This document shows positions 40,345 to 50,517 of a stretch of 64,000 bases of DNA, piece by piece. The position numbers and the translations under genes were made by a program. Position 1 is the first letter of the stretch. Each line of letters begins with the position of its first letter. The stretch is from Pontiella sp. (GTDB taxonomy: Bacteria > Verrucomicrobiota > Kiritimatiellia > Kiritimatiellales > Pontiellaceae): NCBI GenBank assembly GCA_041582935.1, contig JBFHGU010000004.1, positions 25,390-89,389 on the forward strand. The letters are read 5' to 3'. The notes beneath the pieces were generated by a model. That model ran no database searches, was not told where the DNA came from, and saw only the letters and a list, made by a program, of their open reading frames with translations.

Positions 40345-42108
40345 ATGAAGCTCGACCCCACAAAAATGGAAGACTGGCAGATTGCCGAAGCCGCCGAACA
40401 GCAGATGAAACCGGTGGCCGAAATCGCCGCCGCACTCGGACTGCAGGATGACGAACTGATTCCCATGGGCCGCAACGTTGCCAAGATCGACTACACCAAA
40501 ACCTGGAACCGGCTCAAAAATGCCAAACCGGGCAAATATGTGGACGTCACAGCCATCACCCCCACCCCGCTCGGCGAGGGTAAAACCACCACCACGATGG
40601 GCCTGATTGAAGGCCTCGGCAAAATCGGTAAAAAGCCCGTTGGTGCCATTCGGCAGCCGAGCAGCGGCCCGACCTTCAACATTAAAGGCTCCGCCGCCGG
40701 CGGCGGTTTGGCGCAGTGCATTCCGCTGGCGCCCTTCACGCTCGGCCTCACCGGCGACATCGACGCCATCACCAACGCGCACAACCTGTGCATGACGGCC
40801 CTCACCGCCCGCATGCAGCACGAAAATAATTACGACGACGAGCGGCTCGCAAACATCGGCATCAAACGCCTCGATATCGATCCCGAACGCGTTGAGATGA
40901 AATGGGTGATGGATTTCTGCGCACAGGCCCTGCGCAACATCACCATCGGCCAAGGCGACAAAATGGACGGCTTCGAAATGGAGTCCGGCTTCGCCATTTC
41001 AGTTTCGAGCGAACTGATGGCCATCCTGGCGGTTTCCAACAGCCTGAAGGATATGCGCGAGCGCATCAGCCGCATGGTGGTGGCCTACAGCAAATCGGGC
41101 AAAGAAATCACGACGGCCGACCTGGAAGTCGACGGCGCCATGTGTGCGATCATGCTGGAGGCGCTGAACCCGAACCTGATCCAGAGCATCGAAGGACATC
41201 CGGTGCTGGTGCACGCCGGCCCGTTTGCCAACATCGCCATCGGCCAGAGCTCCGTCATTGCCGATATGCTCGGCACGCGGATGGGCGACTACCTCGTCAC
41301 GGAGAGCGGCTTCGCGGCCGACATCGGCTTTGAAAAGTTCTGGAACCTGAAGTGCCGCTGTTCCGGTCTCAAACCCGATGCCGTCGTGATTGTGGCCACG
41401 GTCCGCGCCCTGAAAATGCACGGCGGCGGCCCGCAGGTGAAGCCCGGAAAACCGCTCGACCCCGCCTATACCGAGGAGGAACTCGACCTGCTTGAAAAGG
41501 GCTGCGAAAACCTCAAGGCCCACATCGATATTGTCAAACGAAGCGGCTCGAATCCGGTCGTCTGCATCAATGCTTTCTACACCGACACCCCGGCCGAACA
41601 CGCGCTGGTCCGCCGTATCGCCGAAGAAGCCGGCGCGCGCTGCGCGGTTTCTAAACACTGGGAACTCGGCGGCGAAGGCGCCGTCGAACTGGCGGAAGCC
41701 GTGGTCGATGCCTGCGAAGAGGAGCACCACTTCGACTTCCTCTACGATCTCGACCTGCCGCTGAAAGAACGCGTAGAGCGGATCGCGACCGAGGTTTACG
41801 GCGCGGCCGGCGTGGACTGGTCCGAAAAAGCCGATAAAAAAATCCAGGCCCTGCAGGACGATCCCTCCACCCTGGAGATGGCGATCTGCATGGTGAAAAC
41901 CCACCTGAGCCTTTCGCACGACCCCGACTTTAAAGGAAGGCCGACCGGCTGGCGCCTGCCCGTCCGCGATGTGCTCATTTATAAAGGCGCAGGCTTTGTG
42001 GTACCGGTTGCCGGCGACATCAAGCTGCTGCCGGGAACCGGCAGCAATCCCGGTTTCCGCCGCATCGATGTCGACACCGAGACCGGCAAAGTGACCGGGC
42101 TGTTTTAG
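40345..42108 (+). CDS. fhs: Formate-tetrahydrofolate ligase
   Basis: [67 protein letters not shown]. Confidence 0.96.
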   Translation: MKLDPTKMEDWQIAEAAEQQMKPVAEIAAALGLQDDELIPMGRNVAKIDYTKTWNRLKNAKPGKYVDVTAITPTPLGEGKTTTTMGLIEGLGKIGKKPVGAIRQPSSGPTFNIKGSAAGGGLAQCIPLAPFTLGLTGDIDAITNAHNLCMTALTARMQHENNYDDERLANIGIKRLDIDPERVEMKWVMDFCAQALRNITIGQGDKMDGFEMESGFAISVSSELMAILAVSNSLKDMRERISRMVVAYSKSGKEITTADLEVDGAMCAIMLEALNPNLIQSIEGHPVLVHAGPFANIAIGQSSVIADMLGTRMGDYLVTESGFAADIGFEKFWNLKCRCSGLKPDAVVIVATVRALKMHGGGPQVKPGKPLDPAYTEEELDLLEKGCENLKAHIDIVKRSGSNPVVCINAFYTDTPAEHALVRRIAEEAGARCAVSKHWELGGEGAVELAEAVVDACEEEHHFDFLYDLDLPLKERVERIATEVYGAAGVDWSEKADKKIQALQDDPSTLEMAICMVKTHLSLSHDPDFKGRPTGWRLPVRDVLIYKGAGFVVPVAGDIKLLPGTGSNPGFRRIDVDTETGKVTGLF

Positions 42109-42467
42109 CGCTTTACGGCATATTCCTGCAGGACGTTGAGCTCCAGGAATTCCAGTACGGAAGCGTGGGTGGATTCCAGGCGCACCTGCGGGGCATAACC
42201 GGCGTCGTAGGCCTGGATCCAGCGGGACAGGCAGAGGCACCAGTAGTCGCCCTCCCGGCAGCCCTTAAAACCAAACTCCGGCATGGGCGTGGAGAGATCG
42301 TTGCCGACCGTTTTTGAAAACGCCAGGAACTCATTCGTCATGAGAACACAGATGGTATGCATGCCCTGGTCATCCGCGCGCGTATCGCACTTGCCGTTGC
42401 GGAAAAAACCGGTCAGCGGATCCATGCTGCAGGGAATCAGCTCCCCGCCGAGTACGTTTTTTGCCAT
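42105..42467 (-). CDS. DUF2237 family protein
   Basis: [39 protein letters not shown]. Confidence 0.9.
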   Translation of the reverse strand: MAKNVLGGELIPCSMDPLTGFFRNGKCDTRADDQGMHTICVLMTNEFLAFSKTVGNDLSTPMPEFGFKGCREGDYWCLCLSRWIQAYDAGYAPQVRLESTHASVLEFLELNVLQEYAVKR

Positions 42468-42479
42468 CAGCAGCTCCTT

Positions 42480-44708
42480 TTAGGCCGTCGCCGGCGCTTC
42501 GGACGAAACGGCATTCGGCTCGTCATCATAGACCTTAATCAGGTCATACTGCGTGGTGCGCTGCGCCGGAATATAACCCGCTTCGCGGATCATGTTGATC
42601 ACCTGCGGTTCATCGACCCCGTAGTCGAGGCCGGTTGCACTGACCACCTCTTCGGTCATCAGGACCCCGCCGTAATCATCGGCGCCGAACTGCAACGCCA
42701 GCTGCGAAACGTCGGGCCCTTCAGTCACCCAGCCCGCCTGCAGGTGGGGCACGTTATCGAGAATCAGCCGGGCAACCGCCACCATTTTCAGGTAGTCCAC
42801 GCCGTTCATCACGCGCGGGCACTTGAGGCCGGTTTTACCGGGCGAGAAGCTCCACGGAATGAAGGCCGTAAAGCCGCCGGTGCGGTCCTGCACCTCGCGC
42901 ACCTTCATCAGGTGCTCGACGCGCTGCGCCGCGGTTTCACCGAAACCGTACACCATCGTTGCAGTGGTTTTCATGCCGATCGAATGGGCATCTTCCATCA
43001 AGTCGAGCCACGCTTTTGAGCGCGTCTTTTTCGGGCTGATTTCGCGCCGGATATCATCCACCAGGATTTCCGCGCCGCCGCCCGGCAGCGACTGGAGTCC
43101 GGCAGCCTGCAGGCGCTTGAGGCATTCGAGCACCGAGATATTCTCTTCGGCCGCGATATATTCGATTTCGGTCGGCGAGAGCGAATGGATCCAGATGTCG
43201 ACATTGTCGCGGATTCCGCTCAGCACCTTCTCGTAGTAATCGAGTTTCAGTTCCGGATGCAGGCCGCCCTGCACCAGGATCTGCGTGGCGCCGGCATCGG
43301 CCGCCTCTTTGACCTTGGCCACAATCTCTTCCGGAGAAAGCGTGTAGGCCTTTTTGGATTCGATGTTTTTGTAGAACGCGCAGAATTTACAATCCACGAC
43401 ACAGACGTTGGTTGTATTGAGGTTTTTATCAAAAACGTAGGTTGCTACGTTGCCCGGCACGGCTTCCTGGCGCTTGAGCGCCGCCACGCGGCCCAGTTCC
43501 TGGAACGGAGCATCCTCCAGCAGGGTGACCGCATCTTCGGCGTTCAGCCGTTCGCCGCCTTCCACCCGGTTGAGAATCTTTTTCCATTCCGGATTTTCAG
43601 CAGGCGGTACAAAATCGACGGGCTCATCGGCTTTTCTGCCGGTCGCGCGCGCCGCGCCGTTTTCAAACTGCAGCTCGTCGTAAACCGAGTTGGTCAGCAC
43701 AGGATGGTGCCCGTGGTTGAGCAGGAATTGCTCCATCTCCTGCGCCGTGAAGAATTTCTGGCTCTGCGGCGCGCCGCCCTCTTTGGCAATGCGCTCTTCC
43801 AGGCTCGTGCCGCCGATATCGTCCACGCCGGAATGGGTCAGCACGCCGAGGAGCTTGCGATCCATGTAGTTCACCAGCATACGGACGTGCGGAAAGTTGT
43901 CGCAGTAAATGCGCGAAAGTGCGGCCACGCGGATCTGCCGGTCACCGGTCGGCGTATATTTTACCCCCAGCGCTTTGCCGTTGGCCTGGAACGGCAGCGG
44001 AATCACGGCTTTAAAGCCGCTGGTTTTATCCTGCAGGCTCCGCAGCCGGGAAAGATGATCCACCAGGTGCTCGTCTTTTTCAATATGGCCGAACAGCATC
44101 GTGGCATTGGTCGGAATGCCGAGCTCGTGTGCGGTTTCATGCACATCCAGCCAGTGCTGCGCCAGGATTTTGGTTGTCGCAATTTTCTTGCGGACATCCG
44201 GGTGGAAAATCTCAGCGCCGCCGCCGGAAATCGAACCGAAGCCGCAGGCTTTAAGGCGTTCCAGGCATTCGCGAACCGAAATACCTGCATTGCCGGCAAT
44301 CCAGTGGATCTCGACGGCGGTCATTCCCTGCAGCAGCACGCCCGGCAGCATTTCCCGCGCGAGGGAGAACAGGTCCTCATAATAGTTCATGTCCAGTTCC
44401 GGAATCATGCCGCCGACGATATGAAGGTCGGTCAGGTTCCAGTCCTGGGCGCGTTTCAGGTTTTCGCGCGCATCGTCCAAAGAAGTGATGTAGGCATCCT
44501 TTGCGCCCTCGGGCCGCCAGAAGGAGCAGAGCTTGCACTTCACCACGCAGAGATTGGTCGGGTTGAGGTTGTGGCTGTGCACATAATAGGTTTTATCGCC
44601 GTGGCGCGCCCGGCGGATCTGGTCCGCTCGGTACATCAGCTCCGCGGTCGACATATGCTGCAGCATATCCAGGGCTTCTTCATCACTGATACGGGGTTGT
44701 ATACTCAT
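42480..44708 (-). CDS. Fused double radical-SAM protein MqnE-MqnC (futalosine menaquinone pathway)
   Basis: Two CofH-family domains. First: TNLCVVKCKLCSF, LHIVGG, TAVEI, NATMLFGHIE (MqnE-like). Second: TNVCVVDCKFCAF, QGGLHPEL, SPTEI, FTAFIPWSF, QAGWVTEG (MqnC-like). Confidence 0.82.
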   Translation of the reverse strand: MSIQPRISDEEALDMLQHMSTAELMYRADQIRRARHGDKTYYVHSHNLNPTNLCVVKCKLCSFWRPEGAKDAYITSLDDARENLKRAQDWNLTDLHIVGGMIPELDMNYYEDLFSLAREMLPGVLLQGMTAVEIHWIAGNAGISVRECLERLKACGFGSISGGGAEIFHPDVRKKIATTKILAQHWLDVHETAHELGIPTNATMLFGHIEKDEHLVDHLSRLRSLQDKTSGFKAVIPLPFQANGKALGVKYTPTGDRQIRVAALSRIYCDNFPHVRMLVNYMDRKLLGVLTHSGVDDIGGTSLEERIAKEGGAPQSQKFFTAQEMEQFLLNHGHHPVLTNSVYDELQFENGAARATGRKADEPVDFVPPAENPEWKKILNRVEGGERLNAEDAVTLLEDAPFQELGRVAALKRQEAVPGNVATYVFDKNLNTTNVCVVDCKFCAFYKNIESKKAYTLSPEEIVAKVKEAADAGATQILVQGGLHPELKLDYYEKVLSGIRDNVDIWIHSLSPTEIEYIAAEENISVLECLKRLQAAGLQSLPGGGAEILVDDIRREISPKKTRSKAWLDLMEDAHSIGMKTTATMVYGFGETAAQRVEHLMKVREVQDRTGGFTAFIPWSFSPGKTGLKCPRVMNGVDYLKMVAVARLILDNVPHLQAGWVTEGPDVSQLALQFGADDYGGVLMTEEVVSATGLDYGVDEPQVINMIREAGYIPAQRTTQYDLIKVYDDEPNAVSSEAPATA

Positions 44709-44875
44709 CAAATTTTTGCCTCGCCGTTTAATTGGCACTAAATTGGTATAGAATGCCGGTCCAGCCAATCCTAAACCGTTCTAATCTTTGAGTCAGAACC
44801 GGCATCATCCATTTTATCGCTTTTCAGTCAACATTTTGAATTCCGGCATGTCTCTAAGGATTAAGGAGGTTCGCC

Positions 44876-45118
44876 ATGGATATGGAAATGATCCGCGTAT
44901 TTTTCGGATGGATGACCCTGATCAACCTGGGGCTGTTCATTTTTACCGCCGTGATGAGCGCCGGCTGCCGGAAACTGATTTACCGGGTCCACGGCACCCT
45001 CTTCGACCTGAGCGAAGAAACCACCAACAAAGCCCTCTACTACTTCCTGGCCTTCTACAAGATCGTCTTCATTACCTTCAACCTGGTCCCCTGGCTCGCC
45101 CTTACGATCATGACCTAA
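44876..45118 (+). CDS. Small two-TM membrane protein (DUF6868-like)
   Basis: RBS AAGGAGG. FFGWMTLINLGL...YKIVFITFNLVPWLAL. Confidence 0.75.
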   Translation: MDMEMIRVFFGWMTLINLGLFIFTAVMSAGCRKLIYRVHGTLFDLSEETTNKALYYFLAFYKIVFITFNLVPWLALTIMT

Positions 45119-45185
45119 TCTGCGGCGGCTTTATTTCGCGTATTTCGTGGTTTAAAAACTTCGAAGCTCCCGTATCCTGCTCTGC

Positions 45186-46502
45186 ATGCAAACGACACTG
45201 ATTACCAACGCACGCATCGTCAACGAGGGCCGCATCCGCGAAGGCGACCTGCTCATCAAAAACGGCCGGATCGAAAACATCGCCCCCTCCCTGCCGGCAG
45301 ACGCCGACCGCATCATCGATGCCGCCGGAAAAGCCCTGCTTCCGGGCATGATCGACTGCCATGTGCACTTTCGTGAACCGGGCCTTGAGGCCAAAGCCGA
45401 CATGCATTCCGAAAGCGGCGCCGCTGTGGCCGGCGGCGTAACCTCGGTCATGGAAATGCCGAACACCAAACCGGCCGCCATCACCAACGCCGTGCTGGAA
45501 GAGAAGTTTGCGCTGGCTTCAACCAAATGCATTACCAACTATTCCTTCCACCTCGGCGCTTCCAACAGCAACATGGAGGAACTGCTGGCGCTGGACCCTA
45601 AAAAAGTCTGCGGCGTAAAACTCTTCATGGGCGCCTCCACCGGCGGGCTGCTGGTGGACCGCACCGAACAGCTTGAAAATATCTTCGGCCGCATTGAAGT
45701 ACCGATCTCGCTGCATTGCGAAGACACCCATACAATCCGTGCAAATGAAAAGGTCGCGCGCGAAAAATTCGGCGATGCCATTCCCTTTTCCGAACACTGG
45801 AAAATCCGTTCCGAAGAGGCGTGCTACGCCTCCACCAAGCTGGCCTATGAACTGGCTTCCAAATACGGCTCGCAGATCCACGTGCTCCACCTGACGACCG
45901 CCAAAGAACTGGAGTTTTTCAAAGCCGGCGCCGTTGAGAATAAAAAGATTACCGGCGAAGCCTGTCCGCACATGCTCTGGTTTTCATCCGACGACTACGA
46001 AGAAAAGGGCGCGTTCATTAAGTGCAACCCAGCCATTAAAACCCCGGCCGACCGCGCAGCGCTGCGCCAGGCCCTGTTAGACGGCGTGATTGACACCATC
46101 GGCACCGACCACGCACCGCATCTGTATGAAGAAAAGCTGAACCCCTACGGCTCCGCGCCGTCCGGCCTGCCGCTGATTCAAAGCGCCATGGCCACGGCGG
46201 TCGAGCTCTTCCCGCTTGAATTAGTCGCCGAAAAAACCGCGCACAATCCGGCGAAGATTTTCCAGTGCCTCGACCGCGGCTTTATCCGCGAGGGGTACTG
46301 GGCCGACCTCGTGCTGATCGACACCGAAAAACCGCACACCGTTTCCAAGGACAACATCAAATATAAATGCGGCTGGTCGCCCTTTGAAGGCATCACCTTT
46401 AAATCCACCATCGACACCACGTTCGTCAACGGCGGGATCGCCTACGCCAACGGCGAAATCAACACGGCCCAGCGCGGGCAGCGCCTGCTGTTTGACCGTT
46501 AA
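45186..46502 (+). CDS. pyrC: Dihydroorotase
   Basis: PGMIDCHVHFREPG, EMPNTKP, KLFMGASTG, HCED, HVLH, KCNPAIK, TDHAPH, KCGWSPFEG. Confidence 0.93.
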   Translation: MQTTLITNARIVNEGRIREGDLLIKNGRIENIAPSLPADADRIIDAAGKALLPGMIDCHVHFREPGLEAKADMHSESGAAVAGGVTSVMEMPNTKPAAITNAVLEEKFALASTKCITNYSFHLGASNSNMEELLALDPKKVCGVKLFMGASTGGLLVDRTEQLENIFGRIEVPISLHCEDTHTIRANEKVAREKFGDAIPFSEHWKIRSEEACYASTKLAYELASKYGSQIHVLHLTTAKELEFFKAGAVENKKITGEACPHMLWFSSDDYEEKGAFIKCNPAIKTPADRAALRQALLDGVIDTIGTDHAPHLYEEKLNPYGSAPSGLPLIQSAMATAVELFPLELVAEKTAHNPAKIFQCLDRGFIREGYWADLVLIDTEKPHTVSKDNIKYKCGWSPFEGITFKSTIDTTFVNGGIAYANGEINTAQRGQRLLFDR

Positions 46503-46512
46503 TCAGAACGGC

Positions 46513-47238
46513 TTAAGCCACGCTTTGGCTGTAGCGGAACCAGCTGGACCATTGCGGTGCACCGCATTTCATCAGTTCCGGCACTGTTAGAAGCTGCAGC
46601 GAGCCGGCCCGTTCCGCCAGCACGGTTTCCAATGCCCGGAATGCGGTTTCGCGGTTAGGCTCCAAATCCGCCCCCGGAGTAACATCCGGACTCAAATGGA
46701 TGGAATCGTGGAGCAAAATCACAGCGCCGGGCTGCAGCGCCTCCCGCAGCTTCTGCGCCAGCAGATCCTCCGGCTGCCTGCGCCAGTCGCCGACGGCGGC
46801 GCTCCAGGCGATCACCCGCTGCCGTTCACAAAGGGCCGCCAGCCGCGACTGAATGGTCTGGTGCCCATAAGGCGGCCGCAGCAGGCCCGGCGTTCCATGC
46901 CCGAGTATCCGAGAACAGCGCCGAATTGCTTCACGCTGTTCCCGCCACGGCAGCGGCGGCAGGGAGCAGTGACTATACGTATGGTTGCCCATTGCATGCC
47001 CGTCGGCTGCAATCCGGGCAAGCAGCCCGGGATTGCGTTCAGCATTTTCGCCGACCATAAAAAAGGTGGCCCTTGCCCCGTAGCGTTTCAGCAGCTCCAG
47101 CAGCCGGGGCGTCCAGGCCGGATCCGGACCGTCATCAAACGTCAATGCGGCCGCGGCCGGCGTTTTTACCGAAGTGAGGGTGCCCAGCACGGGACTATGC
47201 ACCAGCGGATACAGTAAAGCTTTAGTGATTTTTTTCAT
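46513..47238 (-). CDS. Polysaccharide deacetylase (CE4/NodB)
   Basis: LTFDDGP, ATFF, GNHTYSH, RPPYG, ILLHD. Confidence 0.92.
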   Translation of the reverse strand: MKKITKALLYPLVHSPVLGTLTSVKTPAAAALTFDDGPDPAWTPRLLELLKRYGARATFFMVGENAERNPGLLARIAADGHAMGNHTYSHCSLPPLPWREQREAIRRCSRILGHGTPGLLRPPYGHQTIQSRLAALCERQRVIAWSAAVGDWRRQPEDLLAQKLREALQPGAVILLHDSIHLSPDVTPGADLEPNRETAFRALETVLAERAGSLQLLTVPELMKCGAPQWSSWFRYSQSVA

Positions 47239-48146
47239 TACGGCGCAAAAACCATAAACCTGAAACTGCCGAGGATGCGCCCGCATTTCCAACCCAACAG
47301 ATAGAGGAACTGCTTACTTCCGTTTTCCCGCTGAAGTCCGAACAGGCTGTATATCAGTGCCTTCCATTGCTGAAGAGACTGGACAACCTGTTTCCACCCA
47401 AGCAGTTTCCGGTGTTTCTTGAGCAGGGCGACCTCCCAGTATCCCCACGAACGCGCCTGCCGGAATAGTGAGGCCATCGTCTGCTGTACCCGTATATATA
47501 CGAGTCCCTCCGGACACAGCTGGAGCTGATGCCCGGCGCTGAGCCAGACCCGGACAAAGAAATCGACATCTTCATGGACCCGAAGGCCTTCATCAAAACC
47601 GCCTAATTCCAGGAAAAAATCGCGGTTTACGGCCAGGTTTCCCGCCCCGACATTGGGAATTTTGGCCTTCCCGAATGAGTGCACATCGCAGATTCTCTGA
47701 GCAGACGCATTGGATTTAGTGGTTCGAACATGCGGATGCCAAACCGCATTCAAATGCTCGAAATCCCGACCGCCGCCGACCAGCTTCGCTTGATCGAGCG
47801 CATCCGACATCGCTTTAACCCAGCCGGCACTGACCCGGTCATCGGCATCGCAGAAAAGGAGTTTATTCGAACCCGCCGCCGCGGCACCGACGTTGCGGGC
47901 ATATCCGGCACCCGGTTTTTCATCTGCCGGGATTATTCGAAGCCTGAAAAAACGTTCAGCATACTGCTTGGCCAGCTCGACGGTTCCGTCGGTGCTGCGA
48001 TTATCCACGATGATAACTTCAAACCGAATGCCGCCGGTCTGTTCCGCCAGGGCATCCAGCTGTTCGCCTAGCGTACGCTCCGCATTGAAACAGGGCAGGA
48101 TCACACTGGCGGCTGCCGCATTATGATTTAAAATTTCCTGCCCCAT
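47238..48146 (-). CDS. GT2 glycosyltransferase
   Basis: SVILPCFN, VDNRSTD, ARNVG, FCDADD, GGFDE, EDVD. Stop and start overlap with the deacetylase gene. Confidence 0.92.
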   Translation of the reverse strand: MGQEILNHNAAAASVILPCFNAERTLGEQLDALAEQTGGIRFEVIIVDNRSTDGTVELAKQYAERFFRLRIIPADEKPGAGYARNVGAAAAGSNKLLFCDADDRVSAGWVKAMSDALDQAKLVGGGRDFEHLNAVWHPHVRTTKSNASAQRICDVHSFGKAKIPNVGAGNLAVNRDFFLELGGFDEGLRVHEDVDFFVRVWLSAGHQLQLCPEGLVYIRVQQTMASLFRQARSWGYWEVALLKKHRKLLGWKQVVQSLQQWKALIYSLFGLQRENGSKQFLYLLGWKCGRILGSFRFMVFAP

Positions 48147-48199
48147 GACTTTGTAATGAACCGACCATCATTTAAATCCCTGACGGGAACACTGGGAGC

Positions 48200-48229
48200 A
48201 ACGTATTTTATCCGTGAACCGCCTGTCAA
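48200..48229 (-). promoter_or_regulatory. Putative sigma70 promoter of the GT2-deacetylase pair
   Basis: TTGACA-N18-TACGTT in an AT-rich intergenic region. Confidence 0.5.
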
Positions 48230-48412
48230 ACTTTCTTAAGCATTACATATTAAAACAAAACACCAACCACTCGATTATTTAAGGTATTAAAACAATTTTA
48301 TACAAAACCATATCGGCAGGTTCAGGACTCTATGCATGAGCGATCCGGCAAGCGGCTGTGCGTTCTGGCGAGCCCGCCGCGTCCCCACTCCCGGCGCGTG
48401 CTCCGGGAACGG

Positions 48413-48441
48413 TTGACGGTTCACATTCTTTCAAATACATT
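48413..48441 (+). promoter_or_regulatory. Putative sigma70 promoter
   Basis: TTGACG-N17-TACATT upstream of 48469. Confidence 0.55.
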
Positions 48442-48468
48442 TTCTTTTATTAAAAAAGGGAAGTTGTC

Positions 48469-50364
48469 ATGCACTTGATTTTCGCATTGTCGGCAGTGTA
48501 TTTCATCGCATGGCTTTGGCTGCTGCGGCGGTGGATCGAAAATAAGGATCCCTATCCGATTCTGGGCCGCGGCTGGAAAACCCGCGCGTTCTGGGGGGTG
48601 ACCTTTCTCTTTTTTAATCCGCTGCTTTCCCTGCTCTACCTGTTCTTCGGCGTCCTCCCGAAAAATGCGGCACCTCCCGCCAGGCAGTTGAACGCAGTAA
48701 GAATCCTTGGACTGACGCTGACCGCACTGACCCTGCTCATTTTAGAAGCGCCGATTGGCGTACCGCGCGCCAAGCCCCAGTGCTGGACTCAGCCTGCGCC
48801 GCGAGCTGGTCATGCAGAAATAACGATTCTCGGAAACTCCGACGCGGCGGTTTCCACGAGCGGATCCTCTGGATGGTACGGCTATCATCGGTTTGATCCG
48901 AGCCACGTCGCCGTCATCACGCACGGTGACCACCCGTTTTTGACGCATCTCGGGCACGCAGTCGCCGCGCATTTCAGCAGCATTCCTTCGGTTAAATCGG
49001 TCCGTTTTCACCCCAACAGCAAGGCGTGCAGCGAAGCCGCCTTCATGCCCAGCCTGTTCATTGAACTGCGCGAGAAAAGCATTCATGAACTCCCCTTGCC
49101 TGCGGGCCTCCTGCTGGACGCAGACATTGAGATTTCAATCAAAAGCTCACTTTACAGCACCTCCCGCTGGACCACGCTTCCCCTCGCGGGAATATTTGCA
49201 AGCGCTTCAATCCGTGAAAAGTTTTCGACCTTCGGCGCCGCATCGCCCGCGGCGAAATATGATCGAATCGCAACGACTTTTCTGAACACTGCCGGCCTTT
49301 CGCTGGGCACATTCATATATCCCTGGTGGCAATTTGAGCCCCTGCCTCCGATTCCTGATTATATGTATGGGAAAGGCGGCCGCGTCCCCGAACAGATCAT
49401 TCCCGGCACCGCGCCCGAACTTCACCTCAGCGGCGGACACATGCTCGTTCACGACATGGCGCTCTGGGAATTCGCCCAAGGCGAAGATCTCGCGCGCCTT
49501 CAATCGCGGTTCAAAGAAGAGGGCTGGTCCACCCAGAAATATTCATCCGGCTACCTGCGCATGGTTCGCAGCAGCGAACAGCTGATTTTTAAGACGGAAA
49601 ACGCCCCCCTCGAAGTGTGCTGGATTTACGCCTTCTCGGACGAAGAGGTTGACCAGGCGCTCGAACGCCTGCTCACGGATCCGGACGTCGGAACAGACAC
49701 CCTGCTCTTCTTCGGATCCTACTTCCGGCAATCGAAACGCGAGGATCTGTTCCAAGCCTATCATGCGCGTCTCGAGAGCGTCGACCCCTCCTCGTTCCCC
49801 ATCGCCTTCGAACGCGCGCGGGTTCATCACCACGCCGAAGAACCGGAACAGGCAAAGGTCATGCTGACCGCGGCGCACGCCCACGAACAGCTGCTAACCA
49901 CCCCGCAAGGCGGCTGGGACCTGCATGATCTCGCGAATCAAATCGGCCTCGATTTCTCCGATGAAAAAACTATCGACCTGTCCCGCACATACAGCCTTGC
50001 GGTGAACAGCGAAGAGATCGTTCAGGAAACGCCCGCGAATGACCCCTTCCGCTTTCACGTTGCCGGGGAGGCGGATAATCAGCCAACGCGCTGTTTCACC
50101 GCGCGCCTGACAGACCTGATGTGGCCCATGACGCCCACCGCGGGCGGTATCCAATATAACAGCGAACCGCTCAAGGTAATCACCGTCACGGGGAAATCGG
50201 ATGAGCAAGGAATCACTCTTCTCTTCAGTGTTTGCGCTGAAAGAGATGGTCTGCTCGCGAAGCAGAACATAAACCTCTCCCCGGCCAACTTAGCCGCATG
50301 GACCCTTTCCGCCGCGGAAACCGAGTCCGGCGGGATCGAATGGCACCTCGCGCCCGCGCATTGA
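48469..50364 (+). CDS. Hypothetical protein with three N-terminal TM helices and a large soluble region
   Basis: 631-aa ORF with promoter and RBS. No family motif recognised. Confidence 0.7.
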   Translation: MHLIFALSAVYFIAWLWLLRRWIENKDPYPILGRGWKTRAFWGVTFLFFNPLLSLLYLFFGVLPKNAAPPARQLNAVRILGLTLTALTLLILEAPIGVPRAKPQCWTQPAPRAGHAEITILGNSDAAVSTSGSSGWYGYHRFDPSHVAVITHGDHPFLTHLGHAVAAHFSSIPSVKSVRFHPNSKACSEAAFMPSLFIELREKSIHELPLPAGLLLDADIEISIKSSLYSTSRWTTLPLAGIFASASIREKFSTFGAASPAAKYDRIATTFLNTAGLSLGTFIYPWWQFEPLPPIPDYMYGKGGRVPEQIIPGTAPELHLSGGHMLVHDMALWEFAQGEDLARLQSRFKEEGWSTQKYSSGYLRMVRSSEQLIFKTENAPLEVCWIYAFSDEEVDQALERLLTDPDVGTDTLLFFGSYFRQSKREDLFQAYHARLESVDPSSFPIAFERARVHHHAEEPEQAKVMLTAAHAHEQLLTTPQGGWDLHDLANQIGLDFSDEKTIDLSRTYSLAVNSEEIVQETPANDPFRFHVAGEADNQPTRCFTARLTDLMWPMTPTAGGIQYNSEPLKVITVTGKSDEQGITLLFSVCAERDGLLAKQNINLSPANLAAWTLSAAETESGGIEWHLAPAH

Positions 50365-50442
50365 TTGACGCAGGACCAGGTCATAATCGAGGCCGGCGAT
50401 CTGCCCGGCCGGCCTGCTGCGCGCAGGATTCCTGACACGCTC

Positions 50443-50472
50443 TTGACGATGAATCGGATGAAAAAGTATACT
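50443..50472 (+). promoter_or_regulatory. Putative sigma70 promoter
   Basis: TTGACG-N18-TATACT, supporting a start near 50518 rather than 50365. Confidence 0.6.
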
Positions 50473-50517
50473 TTCCGCATGGCGCGACATCACAACACCC
50501 GGAGACTAGTGCGGGCA

